Notes under the pieces: model-generated
The model's database searches: none
What the model saw: the letters and a program-made list of their open reading frames with translations, nothing else
What the model was told of the DNA's origin: nothing
Assembly (NCBI RefSeq): GCF_006345805.1
Contig: NC_043006.1
Coordinates: 98,890,001 to 98,954,000, forward strand
From: Octopus sinensis
Lineage: Eukaryota
Length of the DNA stretch: 64,000 nt
Direction of reading: 5' to 3'
Program-made: the position numbers and the translations under genes
In this document: one piece after another, positions 24,729-38,281 of the stretch
How positions within the stretch are numbered: position 1 is the stretch's first letter
Layout: every line of letters begins with the position of its first letter

Positions 24729-24868
24729 AAATCTACTTACATAGTTTGGTCGGCTTGAGGCTATAGTGGGAGAAACTTGTCCAAGTTGCCAGGAAGTGAA
24801 CCTGGAACCGGAACCATGGAACCATGTGGTTGGGAAGCAAACTTGTTAGCACATACCCATGCCTACGC
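24433..24868 (-). mobile_element. SINE family C, full length, diverged
   Basis: Family C head and tail. Confidence 0.85.
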
Positions 24869-26424
24869 CTATATTCGTGTTATTGCATCCATTTGTCACA
24901 TATCTATTATATCATACCATGATTCTGCGTGAACTAAGATCTCCGTTGACCGCCTGCTGTTATTTATAGAGTGTTAAACACTTCTGGTATGCAAATATAG
25001 GGACTCTTTCATAGAGTAATTGCTGCATTTGTTGAGTATATAAGCAGTTTGGCTGATTGTTTGTAAGCAAACTGTCAGAATGGTGAGAAACCAATAAAGT
25101 TCGAAAACCAATTAAGGTTTTCGTCATTTTGTTCTTGAATCTGCTAAGAAATGGCTAAAATATGCTCTGTTCAAAATTATACCATATGTTAGTAATTATA
25201 CCATATATTACATATTTATTATATGACACTATGTGGACTAATTTCCCCGTTGACAGGCCACTGGTATTTATAGTGTTAAACACTTTCGGTATATAAATTA
25301 GGAACTCCTTCATAGAGTAACTTGCTCTTATGCAGGTAAATCATTGTTGTATGCAGTTCACAGCGATGGCAAAATAAATTGTTCTATGCCATATCTATGA
25401 AATTTTCATTGTCCATGAAAGACTGGAATATGAACAACTAGAAATAAATTGAATAAAGTAAATAAAGTATGATTCTAGTTGGAATTTCACAATTACAATA
25501 TATGTATCACACTATTAGCAACCACAAGAAAAACCAATATTTAGGAAGCAATAAAATTTAGAATAGTATTTGCATCTCTATAAACTATTTTCAGTCTATT
25601 GTCATGAAAATTTCAATGGTAACATTGGTCATTTCGCCAGAATGATTACATTAACAAAACCTCGATTATGTCTAGTAACTAAGACCGATGAGGTAACTCT
25701 TTCAAAAACAGAATTCTCATTCATAGTTGCTAAATTAAACTTGAGTTCATGGAGTAGCGTATGTCCAGATGTAAATGAAGATCGTTGTTGATAGCAGTAA
25801 ACACATTATGCTGATGGAATTGAGATATTTAAATGGTTATATACTTAGAAACTTTTTACGACGGAAAGGTACATGAGAAATGTGCGTGGGAAATGAAATA
25901 TACCATAGGACACAGAAATTCCGTATTTGGAATGGCAAATACAAGACATACTCATATAGATAAACATAACATTCAGACACTCAGATTAAAACACACAGAC
26001 ACACATATACACATATGTATATATGTATATATTTAAAATTAAAATGAGGGTGAAAAATTGGATATTAATTTGTAGCATCAATTTTAACACCAGTTGTGTA
26101 GCATATAAAAAAAAAGAGGTTTAGTAATAGTATTACATATATAAATATATGAGGGATTTTACCACTTATGCTAGAAGAAGTTCCGCTATGGTCTTAGACA
26201 AATGAAAAGCATGCTTTTCATTTGTCTTGCTCGCTTACGTTGCTGGTGCATGCTAACTTTTCTACAGAACAATTCTTAGTGGTTAAGACAATAGCGGATC
26301 TTCTTCTAGCATAAGTGTCTCCGCATAGTGGTAAAATTACTTCTTATATTTATATATGTAATACTATTGCTGAACCTCGTTTTTTTATACTCTAGACCAC
26401 GGGTCTTAAAATTGATGCCATCAA

Positions 26425-26487
<63 letters not shown>

Positions 26488-26495
26488 ATATATAT

Positions 26496-27037
26496 ACTGG
26501 TAAAAACGGTAAGATAACAAAAGGAAGAAAGAGACCCCAATATTATGTAGATAAAGGAAATTTATCTATAAAATAATATGTTACAATTATTCAATATGTT
26601 ACAATTATTCAATTCTGAGTTTCAGATGCCGAAGTGGAAATCCACAACGCCATCTCTCCGGCTATCTGGCCATCTGAAAAATGCTATGAAAATAGACCGT
26701 TATACAAAGGGAAATTACTGTTTTATAATTTCGCTACTTATATAAATTAAGATTAAAGGTTCATAGTAAACACGTAAACATAGCTACTCATACACTCACA
26801 TGGGTCCTCGAGCGCACATGTGAGCGTATGAGTAGCCATGTTCACGTGTTTACTATGAAATTTTAATCTTAATTTATATAAGTAGCGGAATTATAACACA
26901 GTAATTTCTCTTTATATAACGGTATTTTTTCATAGCGTTTTCCAGATGGCCAGATAGCCGAAGAGATGGTGTTGTGGATTTCCACTTCGGCATCTAAAAC
27001 TCAGAGTTTTATCTTGACTATTGAATAATTGTAACAT

Positions 27038-27046
<9 letters not shown>
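26496..27046. mobile_element. Fold-back element between (TA)n runs with a hammerhead-like motif in each arm
   Basis: Arms ~26567-26802 and 26817-27046, 14-nt spacer; left arm extends to 26496. Confidence 0.75.
26952..27014 (+). ncRNA. Type I hammerhead-like motif, U4C variant, damaged
   Basis: AGATAG CCGAAGA GATG...CATC T (G>A)AA ACTC-A-GAGT T TTATCT; the opposite arm keeps GAAA but lacks stem I'. Confidence 0.5.
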
Positions 27047-27080
<34 letters not shown>

Positions 27081-27914
27081 TACATACATACATACATACA
27101 TACATACATACATACATACACATACATACATATGCAAGTATGTGTACAGGGCACCACCAACAGCAAACAACAAGAAATACGCAAACAACGAAAGAAACAA
27201 ATGGAAAACATGACAAGTAACATTATGTAAAATTAGCATATAATTTGTCGAATGGTCTGGGAGCCGATGTGTAGGAAATTATATTGATGGGTTTGCATTC
27301 CATAAGAATAGAAAATAAATATAAATAAAATGAAAATTAAAGTGAATAGAATGATAAAACCATCTTATGAACAGAGTTTTGATATAGGGGATTGGTCAAT
27401 AATTCAAGGATATGTCAGGAGTGGTCTATACTAATCATTGTGATAACGAGAAAAGGGCAGTAGAGATAAAATCAATTGAAACAGTACAAAGGAAGTATAA
27501 AAAAACTGGAATAAGAAAATAAAAAGTAGAGAATTAGGAATATTGGCATTGGTATTAAAATATTAAAATATAAATAACAGAAAAAAAGTTTGTAATATTG
27601 TAAATTAACGAAAATTCTTTTGAAAAGTATTCTGGGCATTAAAATTAAAGATAATGTAACACTATGGAAATTATAAAAATTTATAAGAAATGTAAAAAAA
27701 AACCTTAGAAATATTGCAGTTGAAAGAGGAAAACCCGAAACAAAGCGATAAATTAGAAATTAAAACAGAATAGGACAGGATAAATGAATAAATAATTTAT
27801 TAAACTCTGATGGGGTTGATGTTGGTGGAGAAGAAAGACATGAACGAAAAATAGATGTAGGATAATAATTATTTTCACTATTGTTGTAAAGTCTGCAATA
27901 TCAACGGTAACTGT

Positions 27915-28085
27915 TAATATTGAAGGCAAGGCCAACAATTTCGAGGGAAAGAATTTCGTCGATTAGCTAGACCCCAATATTCAACTGGTACTTATTTTCT
28001 TGCCGTAGAAAGGATGAAATGTAAAGTTGACCCTGGTGGCACTGGAAGAAATGCCGCTTAGTATTTTCCCCGAAGCAGTGACCAA
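27915..28085 (-). mobile_element. Diverged SINE family A
   Basis: aactggtacttatttt...aaggatgaaa...aaagttgacc core. Confidence 0.6.
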
Positions 28086-28104
28086 TGATTGTAACAGTAT
28101 CTCT

Positions 28105-28490
28105 ATCTTTTATATTTTATTTGTTTCAATTATTAGACTGACGCCATGTTTGGAAACCGCCTTGAACATTTTTTAGTCGAATGAATCGACCTTAGTATTT
28201 TTTATTAAAGCCATGTATTTATTCTATCGGTCGTCGGGCCGAACCGTTAGGCTAATAGAAGCAAGCACAAGAACACCGTTTCTCAAGCAGGTGGGTGGCA
28301 TCTTCAGACACAAAGACACATACACATATAGGTATATACGACGAACGTGTGTCAGATTTCGTCAACCCAATCTACTCATAAAGTTTTGGTGAGACCGACG
28401 TTCTAATTCAAGATAATTGCCCAAGATGCCACGCAATGGGACTGTATCCCTAACCATGTGGTTGGGCAGAAAACTTCTTAACAGTCCCAA
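28105..28490 (-). mobile_element. Diverged SINE family C
   Basis: cccaagatgccacgcaatgggactg...aaccatgtggttggg head. Confidence 0.7.
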
Positions 28491-28954
28491 GGAAAAGGAA
28501 AAGGATTGCGAGAATTACATACATATATCATAAATACAGCAAGCAGTGAATAAGTTAGGGGTGGTAGCCATTGATACCATCGATATTCGGCATATGCACG
28601 AAATGGATCCTAAAACAGACCATGTTTTCATAAAGTATGTGATGTGCCTATAATGGTTTCAATAGTGGATATTTTAGTTGATAATCATGTCGCTAGTGGC
28701 GATGCATTTAGCAGTGGTGACGATGAGAGTGGTAGTAATAATGGTGGTGGGTGAGTGACGCTGATTATTATGATGGCGAGGAAAATGATGATGGACTGCC
28801 TGTTCAGGGAGCTCCATTATCTATGATTACAGGCATAGTGTTGCTACTATAACGGTTGTGGGTGGAAATAGTCTAGGTGAGAAATATGCTTACGTACTTG
28901 TGGGCAGACAAAGGTAAAGTTTTGCCTCTTATGGATTCAGAATGTTCCGTGGTT

Positions 28955-29265
28955 CGTTCACACACAGTTGCATAATATACCCCTTCGTTATATGCTCTTA
29001 ATTTGATTCTAATGCTCCACTTTATGACAATGTTGCTGACAACAGTATTTTTCAGTTGTCTGATATACATTGACAGTGATGTGGTATTTCTCATGCACCT
29101 GTTTGGACTGTACAAAGATGATGCGAGAATCAGACATTGAAAATGTTTATTTGAACCGGATATTCGATCTTTTGACGTACAAACTTCGGTTTTGTAGAGT
29201 ACCTTTTTCGAGAAACATGTTTTTTCAACTGGAATTTGCGGCCTGTTTCTGAAATTGCTGCCACG
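28955..29265 (-). pseudogene. Penelope-like GIY-YIG endonuclease fragment
   Basis: NFRNRPQIPVEKTCFSKKVLYKTEV...TSLSMYIRQLKN...IKWSI...RAY resembles CNCR..CP...CL...VIYKA.V...TSLS.YIW.LK...IKWSI. Confidence 0.65.
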
Positions 29266-29314
29266 GTGAATTAGATTTAAAGTGTTAGTATATGTTATTG
29301 CTTTAGTATATGTT

Positions 29315-29480
29315 ATTGCTTTATTGCATGGAGCACACAGAAATAATTTTAAATGCAAGCTTCGCCTATTAGAAAAGCTGTATATTTTATTCAAAAACAA
29401 TAATTCTTTGAATCAAAGAAGTGAGCTAATGAACTTATGTAGACACGCAACCAAATTTAAAATGTCAAATATAAATATAC
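29315..29480 (+). pseudogene. Penelope-like endonuclease C-terminus
   Basis: CKLRLLEKLYILF...LNQRSELMNLCRHATKFKM resembles C.LCL.EK..I....LN.RSEL...CRH..KF.L. Confidence 0.7.
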
Positions 29481-30613
29481 CATATGGATAGAGTATATAT
29501 TTTGTATTTTTGATTTTTGAAATTTTGATTTTGACTCTTGAACTAGGATGTGAACGCGACGATGGATTTGTTTCGCGCTATGCAGATTTCATTCCGTATA
29601 GCAAAGTCTCATATTTCTACATATACATTAGCAAAAACCTTCGGCTTTGTTTATTTCATGTTATTGTATTGCATAGGATTACCTTGATTTTTAATTTATA
29701 GATGATCCAAAATAGAGTGTTATATTTTATATGTCTTTCGTATATTTTTCATTATTGCACTCACCTTTTTTAAAAGCAATGTTGGCAAAAATTAGAATTT
29801 TGATATAAATATGTGTATAGCCATGAATATGTATTTGTAAGCATGCGTCTCTGTGTATGTGTAAGTGAGCGTATGTTTGTGCTTAAGCACACACATACAC
29901 GGCTGTGTGTGTATGTATCCATTCGAACTTGTGTATTTGTATACTTGTCTCCATATATGTCAATAACGCGGTTACACAGCTTGTATACATAATTTCTCTT
30001 ATTTCGTTTTTTCCCCACCCCTTCTTTTTCTTTTTTCCTTCCCCCTTCTTCGTTCCTTTTTCTCTCTCTTACTTTCTTTCGTTTTTTATCCCTCTAACTG
30101 ATACTGGTACAACTTTACGTCCCCCTTACGTAAGCTTTACTACGTAAATGAGAAACGCTACATCGATGATTTTAACTTGGGTGCGAGATAGATTGCGTAC
30201 ATATATGTATGCATGCATTTGTGTGTATATTTTAAATTTATATTTATACGTCTGTATATGTATGGCGTTTGCACGCATCCCTCTGTATATGTTGATATAT
30301 ATATGTACACTTTAATATGAATATGTATTGCAGTGTAATATTTATAATGCGTTTTAATTTCTATGCATTAATTATATTTTCTTCATTAACGTCAATATGT
30401 ATTTTATTCAATGTAAGGTTTTTTCCTCGAATTTTATAATTTCTATAATTTTTTTTATATATATATACATATATTTTTGAGCTCATTTTGTTTATCGCTC
30501 GAAGATTGACCGTTATTTCTAAAGAGCCAATCAAACAAGTCCATTTTTTTTAAAGATATAGCGTTTGTAAGAGTCTGGATTGAATTGATATATCCGTTCC
30601 ATTCTAGCAAAAG

Positions 30614-30651
30614 CTGTCTGATGAACGGCAACGAGAAACTCAGAGTAATAG
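30614..30651 (+). ncRNA. Minimal type I hammerhead-like motif
   Basis: CTGT CTGATGA A CG-gcaa-CG A GAA ACTC-A-GAGT A ATAG; GUA site. Confidence 0.65.
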
Positions 30652-30700
30652 ATTTTGTTGAATTTTCTGCTGCTTTAAATAAAGTATATAAATATATATA

Positions 30701-30746
<46 letters not shown>

Positions 30747-30802
30747 ATATGGATATATATATATATATATACATATATATGTATATATATATATATATAT
30801 AA

Positions 30803-30864
<62 letters not shown>

Positions 30865-30872
30865 GATATATA

Positions 30873-30925
<53 letters not shown>

Positions 30926-30934
30926 TATGTATAG

Positions 30935-30966
<32 letters not shown>

Positions 30967-32480
30967 GTATGTATGTATATGTATGTGTGTGTGTAGCCAC
31001 ATATTTGTCAAGACTGACTTGATTTCATACTCTGAACCATACTTTCATAAATAGATTTTTGTCACTATGTAGTCGTAGAGAGTCATACAACCTTTCGGCA
31101 ATCTCATAACTGATCTACCGAAACGTCTTATACACGGAAGTTGAAGTGGCTATACACTTTGCGGTAGAATATATTTATACAATGCAATAAATAAAAGTTG
31201 AATTTCCAGCCTGTCTATGCGTATGATGAATTATGTCAAAAGGATAAATATGCGACCTAATGTTCATGAGACGACAACGTTTTCCATTTAAGCTCGGGCC
31301 TTTATGTAGATATAGAGAAACATTACCTGTGCCCTCGATGTAATATATACATTTGTAAGTAATCGAGTGTGAGTAAATATGTAAAATTTGTCGAACTTAC
31401 CAGACATCTATTACATTTCCTAAGAACGTTAATATCTTTATTCAAACAGTTTGAATGTTTTATTATTATATCGCAAATTGCTAGAAAACTATTGGCTCCA
31501 TCACATATACATAATCAAGTAATTTATTAATAAACAAAGATAATAAAAGAACCGATTTTATTCTTATAATTGTATAATAAACAACACCATTAAACGAATA
31601 GTTAGTTCCAAAGTAAACAATAATTTTCAATAAATGCAATTAGTTAAATTCTTAGAAATATTCAAAAATAAGTATAAAAATATCAAATCTTTAATTATTT
31701 GGCACTAATGCGATTCTTGTAAAATGCAATAATTGAATTTGAACAGACTAAAAAAATTAAAGAAATATCTTCCAAATTAATATAATAATAATAAAATAAA
31801 AAGAAATCAGTTAGTAACACGTTTTAGTAAACATGCAAATAAAACAAAAGGCTTCTTGTCTGCTATAAATTACAGTTACGATACTTCTCAACTATTTAAA
31901 AACTTTAAATAAATGTGTTTCTTAATAATGATGACCAACCATAACTTAACTCTCTTTCATAATATTCATTATGTTTGAAATATTTTTACGTAATAATCAG
32001 TTTATGGATATTGCACCAATGTTGATGATTTAGACGAAAACTAATAATAATATATTTGTAGAAGCCAAATGCAGACTTGCGCTGAGTATCATTACATGTA
32101 TTGAATATTGAATATTCATTACAAGTGGAAGATATGCAAGTAGAGGTTTATATTGACGAAGAAAGAATCACGTTATAGAATGAAAGCAATCTTTCAGATA
32201 TTGACGTAACGTCAGCAAGTTTAGAACGATGAAATTGGACTAAAGATTTCACTGTTTCTCTATTTTATTGATCCAAGACTCACATAAGGCAAATCTGGCT
32301 CTGTCGAAATTTGAACCCAGAACGTAACGTCTTTCGAAAAATTCTGCCAAGCATTTTATACAAAGCCCTAAAGATTTTGTCAACACACCACTTTTATTAT
32401 GAGCTATATATTATGAAGACATTCTGAAACCATATAGGCAGTCTGTAGTTTATAAACACAGAAACCGAACACACACAAAC

Positions 32481-32514
<34 letters not shown>

Positions 32515-33011
32515 TAGAGTATTAAGTCTGGTGTCACAACAGCTGACACACAAAGAGCTCGGATCAATCTTATAATAGACAGGCTTTCTCCCAATGTGAT
32601 TATTTTCGTCTTGCCGTAACACTGCGAGGGAAATAATTATACATTAAACAAATTAACGCTTTTCGAGACCGTAATTAGACTTAAAAAGTGTGAGACAGTA
32701 ATTTATTTGAGGATATTATACAAAAATGCTGAACGAATGCGATCAAAGTCTATGAAATAACAAATCAATGAGGAATATTCCTATTGGGGAAAAAACTGGA
32801 AAAGAATACGTAAGTCCTTCATAAAATATCAATATACATTCTTATAAGGTTCTGCAGCGACACCAGTTTCTCATTTCATTACTTTACTCCTTTATCAGGC
32901 TGACCGAATGCACATATCACCATCTTTATTTATCTATTTATCCATCTATCTATTACCTCGCTATTCCTACACATACAGGCACTCAGACACACACACACAA
33001 ATGTGTTTGTA

Positions 33012-33073
<62 letters not shown>

Positions 33074-33726
33074 GCGCGCACTCATACATAATGCATGTCT
33101 ATAGAAAGATTTCGTCGGTATTATATGAAGCGAAATATCTAAATAACTAAATAAACAACAAATTCAAGTGTCACCTTAGCGATTATATAATAATTCATTT
33201 GATTTCGTGTAAGATACCTGAATAGACTTACAAAGAGAAATATCATTAAACTGTATGTCTACCTGAGTGACAAGCAAGGATTTCTGTTAAATCTCTTCTC
33301 AGTATATACTGGTACAGTCATAATAAACATCAGCTATCTCCAGATTGGTGCAGGGTAGTGTATTGTTATCAATCATAGTAAAAGCTACATTAATTCTAGA
33401 GTAGTAGTAGAAGTAACATAGCAAAACTTTTCGAGAAAGGATTGACGTAATCCGTTCAAGGAGAGCTAAATAGACGTAAGATCCACTGATATTTTAACTA
33501 TATTCCTCTCTTAATGCATAACTTACCAGAGATAACAGGCGTTGTTAAATTATTCTTCAGGAAACCTCACAATATCATGTTGTTGTTAGTTTGCTATACG
33601 CATTACTTTACATTGCAAAACTTCGTAAGTTTGACTTTTTCTGGACCAAAATGTTTCGAACGATAACTTTCCCTCTCTCTCTCCTCCTTCTTTTCTCTCT
33701 CTCCATCACTCTCTCTCTGTGTCTGG

Positions 33727-33776
<50 letters not shown>

Positions 33777-33830
33777 CATACATCCATACATATACCCATA
33801 TATATACATAGATGTAAGTATATATATATG

Positions 33831-33867
<37 letters not shown>

Positions 33868-33897
33868 GCATCATATATATATATATACAAATGTAAG

Positions 33898-33937
<40 letters not shown>

Positions 33938-33941
<4 letters not shown>

Positions 33942-33980
33942 GCTCAGGAGTGGATATGTGGTAAGAAGCTTGCTTCCCAA
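33938..33980 (+). mobile_element. SINE family C head stub
   Basis: caggagtggatatgtggtaagaagcttgcttcccaac. Confidence 0.7.
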
Positions 33981-36046
33981 CCTCGGGGGAATAAACTACG
34001 CCCGCCGATCGACTTTTCCCGAGGACATTGATCTCTTGTATATTGTTCATGAGGCAACAAACCTCTACACTGTTCACAATATTTAATAACAAAAAGTACT
34101 TTCAATAACACCTAGGCTTTTCAACCTCTTATCCATATTCCTCCTCAACATCGCTTGTGCCCGCATCATCTGCCATCAACTACGGCTCATTCAAGATCAA
34201 AGCGGGCGTCATGTCTGCATCGCACGGGTACAAGTGATATTTCTCATTGAGTCCCACCAGCCTATACGTCACGTCCAACATTATGACCTCCACAGTTATC
34301 TGCGGAGGCCATTCGGGATCCTTTGGGTAGGCTAAACGTGCTCCCTTATGGTGCTTTTCCACCACCTTTTCAACATCTCTGCCTCTATAGAAGACCAATA
34401 ATTCGTCTTCCTCCGGGGGCGGGGGTATACAATTCTACCTTTGGCGGAACACTTCCCGCCAACGGTGTCTCTTTCCCTGCCGGTGGCACAACCCCAACCG
34501 ACGAGGTTCCGGGACATTCCAGTACTATATCACCGACTGTCGGCAATATCCCGTTCCTCTTCTTCTTCATGTTTTTTCTATTCAACTGAGGGAGGTTGCG
34601 TCTCATTCGTGACTGGGAGATTCGCATCCCCTTCCTCATCCCTATGATCCTTCGGTGAGCACCCATTATCGCTCACCTTCTTCCTCTTGCTGACCCTCTT
34701 TGAGGAATCCTCCGATTCATCGGCCGCCTTCATTCCCTCTTTTACAGAGGTCTCGCTCAACTGCTCCAGGACCTTACTTTGTTCCCGGGGACAGTTTTCC
34801 TTTATATGGCCAGGCTCCAGGCACCGATGACACCTGGGAGGGTGGGGGCGACCCTTAAGAATCACCGGGTACTTGCACCCGACCATTTTCAAAAAGTCTG
34901 GAAAACCAAATTGGCTGATTGGGTCCAACGAGTCAAAACAGCTTTTGACTCAACCCAATCAGCCGCATAAAAAACTTACACGTTAAGGAGCTTGGATCCG
35001 CTGCCATCTAGACCCCGGCGGATAGTCTCCTCTATCTACGCGGGTTTTTTTCTGGGTGGCAACCCGCAGACCCTAGCTCTTGTCAACCTCTTCCCACAAT
35101 ACGTGGGAAGAAACTAAATTTCCTTGCCCTCCAAGGCTGACTCGCATATTTGTGAGCCCCTTCAGGGATGTCAAATAACAACCACACCGTTGCGTATTTG
35201 ACACCCCTGGAAATGAAATTAATAATTGGCAAACACTCTGCCGACACATTTTCAATTACAGTCTTATCGAATAGGGTGATGGTGTCGAATGAGTAGGTCC
35301 TCAACACCACTGTCCTATCTACACGGTCTTTCAACCACTGTTTGCGTGGTATCATTTCCCATTCCAAAACATTGTCTTTTGCCATTACCATGTTTTCTTG
35401 TTTTCTATAACAGTTCGAAAATAGTTCAAAATAAAACTTAAAAAGAGAGAAGAAAATAGAAATCAAAGGAAAGACACAATAGAATGGAAAGAAGAGAAAG
35501 GAAAACAATTCACGAAAAAGAAAGTCAAAAAAGTTTAGATGAAAGTGAGTCAATTGTTCAAAATCACAGCAAAAATGTCTTCCGGCCACTAGGTAGGCCC
35601 GGCCAAGGTTGAACCCGGAACACCACATCTGGAACACAACATACACAAAAAATTGTATACAAGTTGTTCACTCTTCGGAGAGAAAAGCACTCCCCCCAAA
35701 ATAGGAATTTTCACAATTATCTTAAATATTCGCAAAAAGTGAACAAATTTTTAATAGGCACGATATGCCTCCAAGCAACAATTCTCACAATTAAAGGAGA
35801 AAAAATATTCGCTCCGCAGCAGATAGACCAGAATTCAGAATCCAGTGAGTACTTCTAGGTTGTACAAAAAAAAATCGTTGCCGCAAACAAAGAAAACCCG
35901 ACAAGACGCCAAAGCAAGAATCCTACCTTACAGTGGAGCTTCAACATTTTTCAATTCGAGACGACTTCAAAAGCACGTCATCGCCGAATCAGTGCCAAAT
36001 ACAACACTGACTCGCACATGCGCAGAAGAAAGTTGTTACCAGACCT
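33981..36046 (-). mobile_element. 5' half of an L1/Tx1-type LINE (5' UTR, decayed gag-like ORF1, start of endonuclease)
   Basis: ORF1 pieces from ATG near 35391 with zinc knuckle CHRCLEPGHIKENC and acidic low-complexity tail, then VEVCCL...SRSAGVV; CpG-richer 5' UTR. Confidence 0.7.
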
Positions 36047-36054
36047 CCACTCCT

Positions 36055-36099
<45 letters not shown>

Positions 36100-36110
<11 letters not shown>

Positions 36111-36212
36111 TTGTATCTGTGTTTGTCCCCCACCATTGCTTGGTACCGATGTTTGTCTGTTTACGTCCCCGTAACGAAGTGGTCCGGCAAAACAGACCGG
36201 TAGAACAAGTAC
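36100..36212 (+). mobile_element. SINE family C 3'-half fragment
   Basis: tgtttacgtccccgtaac...ccggcaaaacagacc. Confidence 0.7.
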
Positions 36213-36453
36213 TACGCTATATGTTTACATACATGTATACATATATTCATATATATATATATATATTATATATATATATGTTTATATATATATATATATA
36301 TATACAAAAAGCAATAAAGATTCAAGTTAATTTAAATGAATTTACTTGAATATGGTACCTAACTTAGATGCACCAAAAAAAACTATACTGTTTTAACAAT
36401 ACAGTAATGTGGGGTGATTATAAGCGAGAAAGAAGCAACAAGAATGGATAGGT

Positions 36454-36544
36454 TTTTAGTACAATCGTTTCATACAAGGACAGGCTTTATTAAAAGTTGT
36501 AAAAATTACAGCATATAAACGTGTACCGTACTCATCAGCTAAAA
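36454..36544 (-). ncRNA. Type I hammerhead motif with extended stem II (left arm)
   Basis: TTTTAG CTGATGA GTAC...GTAT GAA ACGATTGT A CTAAAA. Confidence 0.7.
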
Positions 36545-38190
36545 TACATGTGAGTTCTCTAGACATCCTAGTGGTTGAGGCTATACTCATGAAGTAATGT
36601 AGATAATTAAGTAACATAAACAGATTTCCAAATTCTAAAGCATAGAAAACATAGAAACTTATTGAATAATCATATCGAACTAGGTCAAGTTTGTGTCCAC
36701 GCTAAATTGAAGACTTTAAAATATTTTAAATGATTAGAATATCCGTAACTAGATAGATAGATATAACTTGATTTCTACTAGTATAGCACTGCTTTAAGTA
36801 GATAACTAAGGGTTCTCACACTACAGTTATCTTTTTCCTTATATCTGCATCAGTTTTTTGAGAACAGGGAAATGAATAGTACTTATACGCTGCTTAATTG
36901 AGGCTTTATCTAATTTCAAACTCATAATTTTTAAATTCTTAATTTTAAATCTTAATTGTAATTTTTAATTTTAATTCCTAACTTAATCTAATTTAAGTAG
37001 CATAACTCTAATAAAATAAAATGAGATACTATAGCCCCATAATTCTATTTCAAAATTAAATAAATAAGGCTACCCCCTCGGTGATAATATGATTATCTTC
37101 ATTATGATAGACAATCCCCTAACACCTTGTAATGATCTTCTAAGATTTGACCTGTAGTCCGTCAATGTATGAATAATAACGGCAACTCCTTAAGACAATA
37201 AAATGAATAAATTAAATAAGTAAGTTTTATTGACTTTTTGATAAGATTATACTTAGATTTTCCTAATGTATTTTCTTTTGATTTTAGCATCTGACCCCTA
37301 AACCCCTGACTGTGTTATCTCTTTAGATTCTCTTTAAATTCATAGCTGATTTCAACAGCAATAAATTAGCTGTTTTACTAGCCAAAGAATAATATTCTCC
37401 TCTAGTTCCTAGATGCCTGTAAATTAAAACCAGACTTGCCGTCTACTAATTCTTCTATATAACTAGAACCCTCTTTTTTATTTTTATTTTTTCCCTTCTT
37501 TCCCTATTTCTTTCTCTTTTCTCTTTTTTCTGTTTCTTCTTCTTATTCTCTTTTTCCTTTTCTCTTCTCTTTTAGTCCCCTTCCCCCCCTTTTTTTGCTC
37601 CCTCCTCCCTTATTTTCTCTCTTTTCTTCTATTCCCTTCCCTTTCTATTCTTGGCCTCTCTAGAAAGCCCTTCAGCCTTTAAAAGTAAAATAGCTACAGC
37701 CTCTTGTAAATAGCAGTAATGTGATTAATGTGGCAAATACCTAATCATATAACAAGAATTGATACCTACCTCATTGTGTTCAACCATTGATAAATTTATC
37801 GCCTGTGAATATGAAATTCCTCTTCATTTCTCTGGAAACTTACATCTACACCATTGGAAATTGTGCATCTATACAAAGGATTAATTCACCCTCTCTGTAA
37901 TGCTAATAAGCAGGAATTGAGACCCACCTCGTTGTGATTAACAATGGATAAATTTGTCTTCTGTGAGTATGTAATCCCTCATCATATCTCTGGAAATTCA
38001 TATGTGCTCTATGGATTAGGTCACCTTCTCTGTGATGCTATTAGAACTTTTTTAAAATTCTGTGATAAGACTGTGCATCATCTTTAAAGAACTTTAATGA
38101 ACTTTGGAAATCTGTTTATGTTACTTAATTATCTACATTACTTCATGAGTATAGCCTCAACCACTAGGATGTCTAGAGAACTCACATGTA

Positions 38191-38281
38191 TTTTAGCTGA
38201 TGAGTACGGGACACGTTTATATGCTGTAATCTTTACAACTTTTAATAAAGCCTGTCCTTGTATGAAACGATTGTACTAAAA
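38191..38281 (+). ncRNA. Type I hammerhead motif with extended stem II (right arm)
   Basis: TTTTAG CTGATGA GTACGGGACA...TGTCCTTGTAT GAA AC-gatt-GT A CTAAAA; predicted cleavage after A38275. Confidence 0.75.

Noticed and set aside
24940-25330. Diverged ~85-bp direct repeat pair
   Set aside because: Real but unassignable, with no terminal or structural features
29545-29610. Hairpin GCTATGC/GTATAGC followed by AAAGTCTC downstream of the Penelope ORF end
   Set aside because: No CUGANGA core and no G12; too decayed to call a ribozyme
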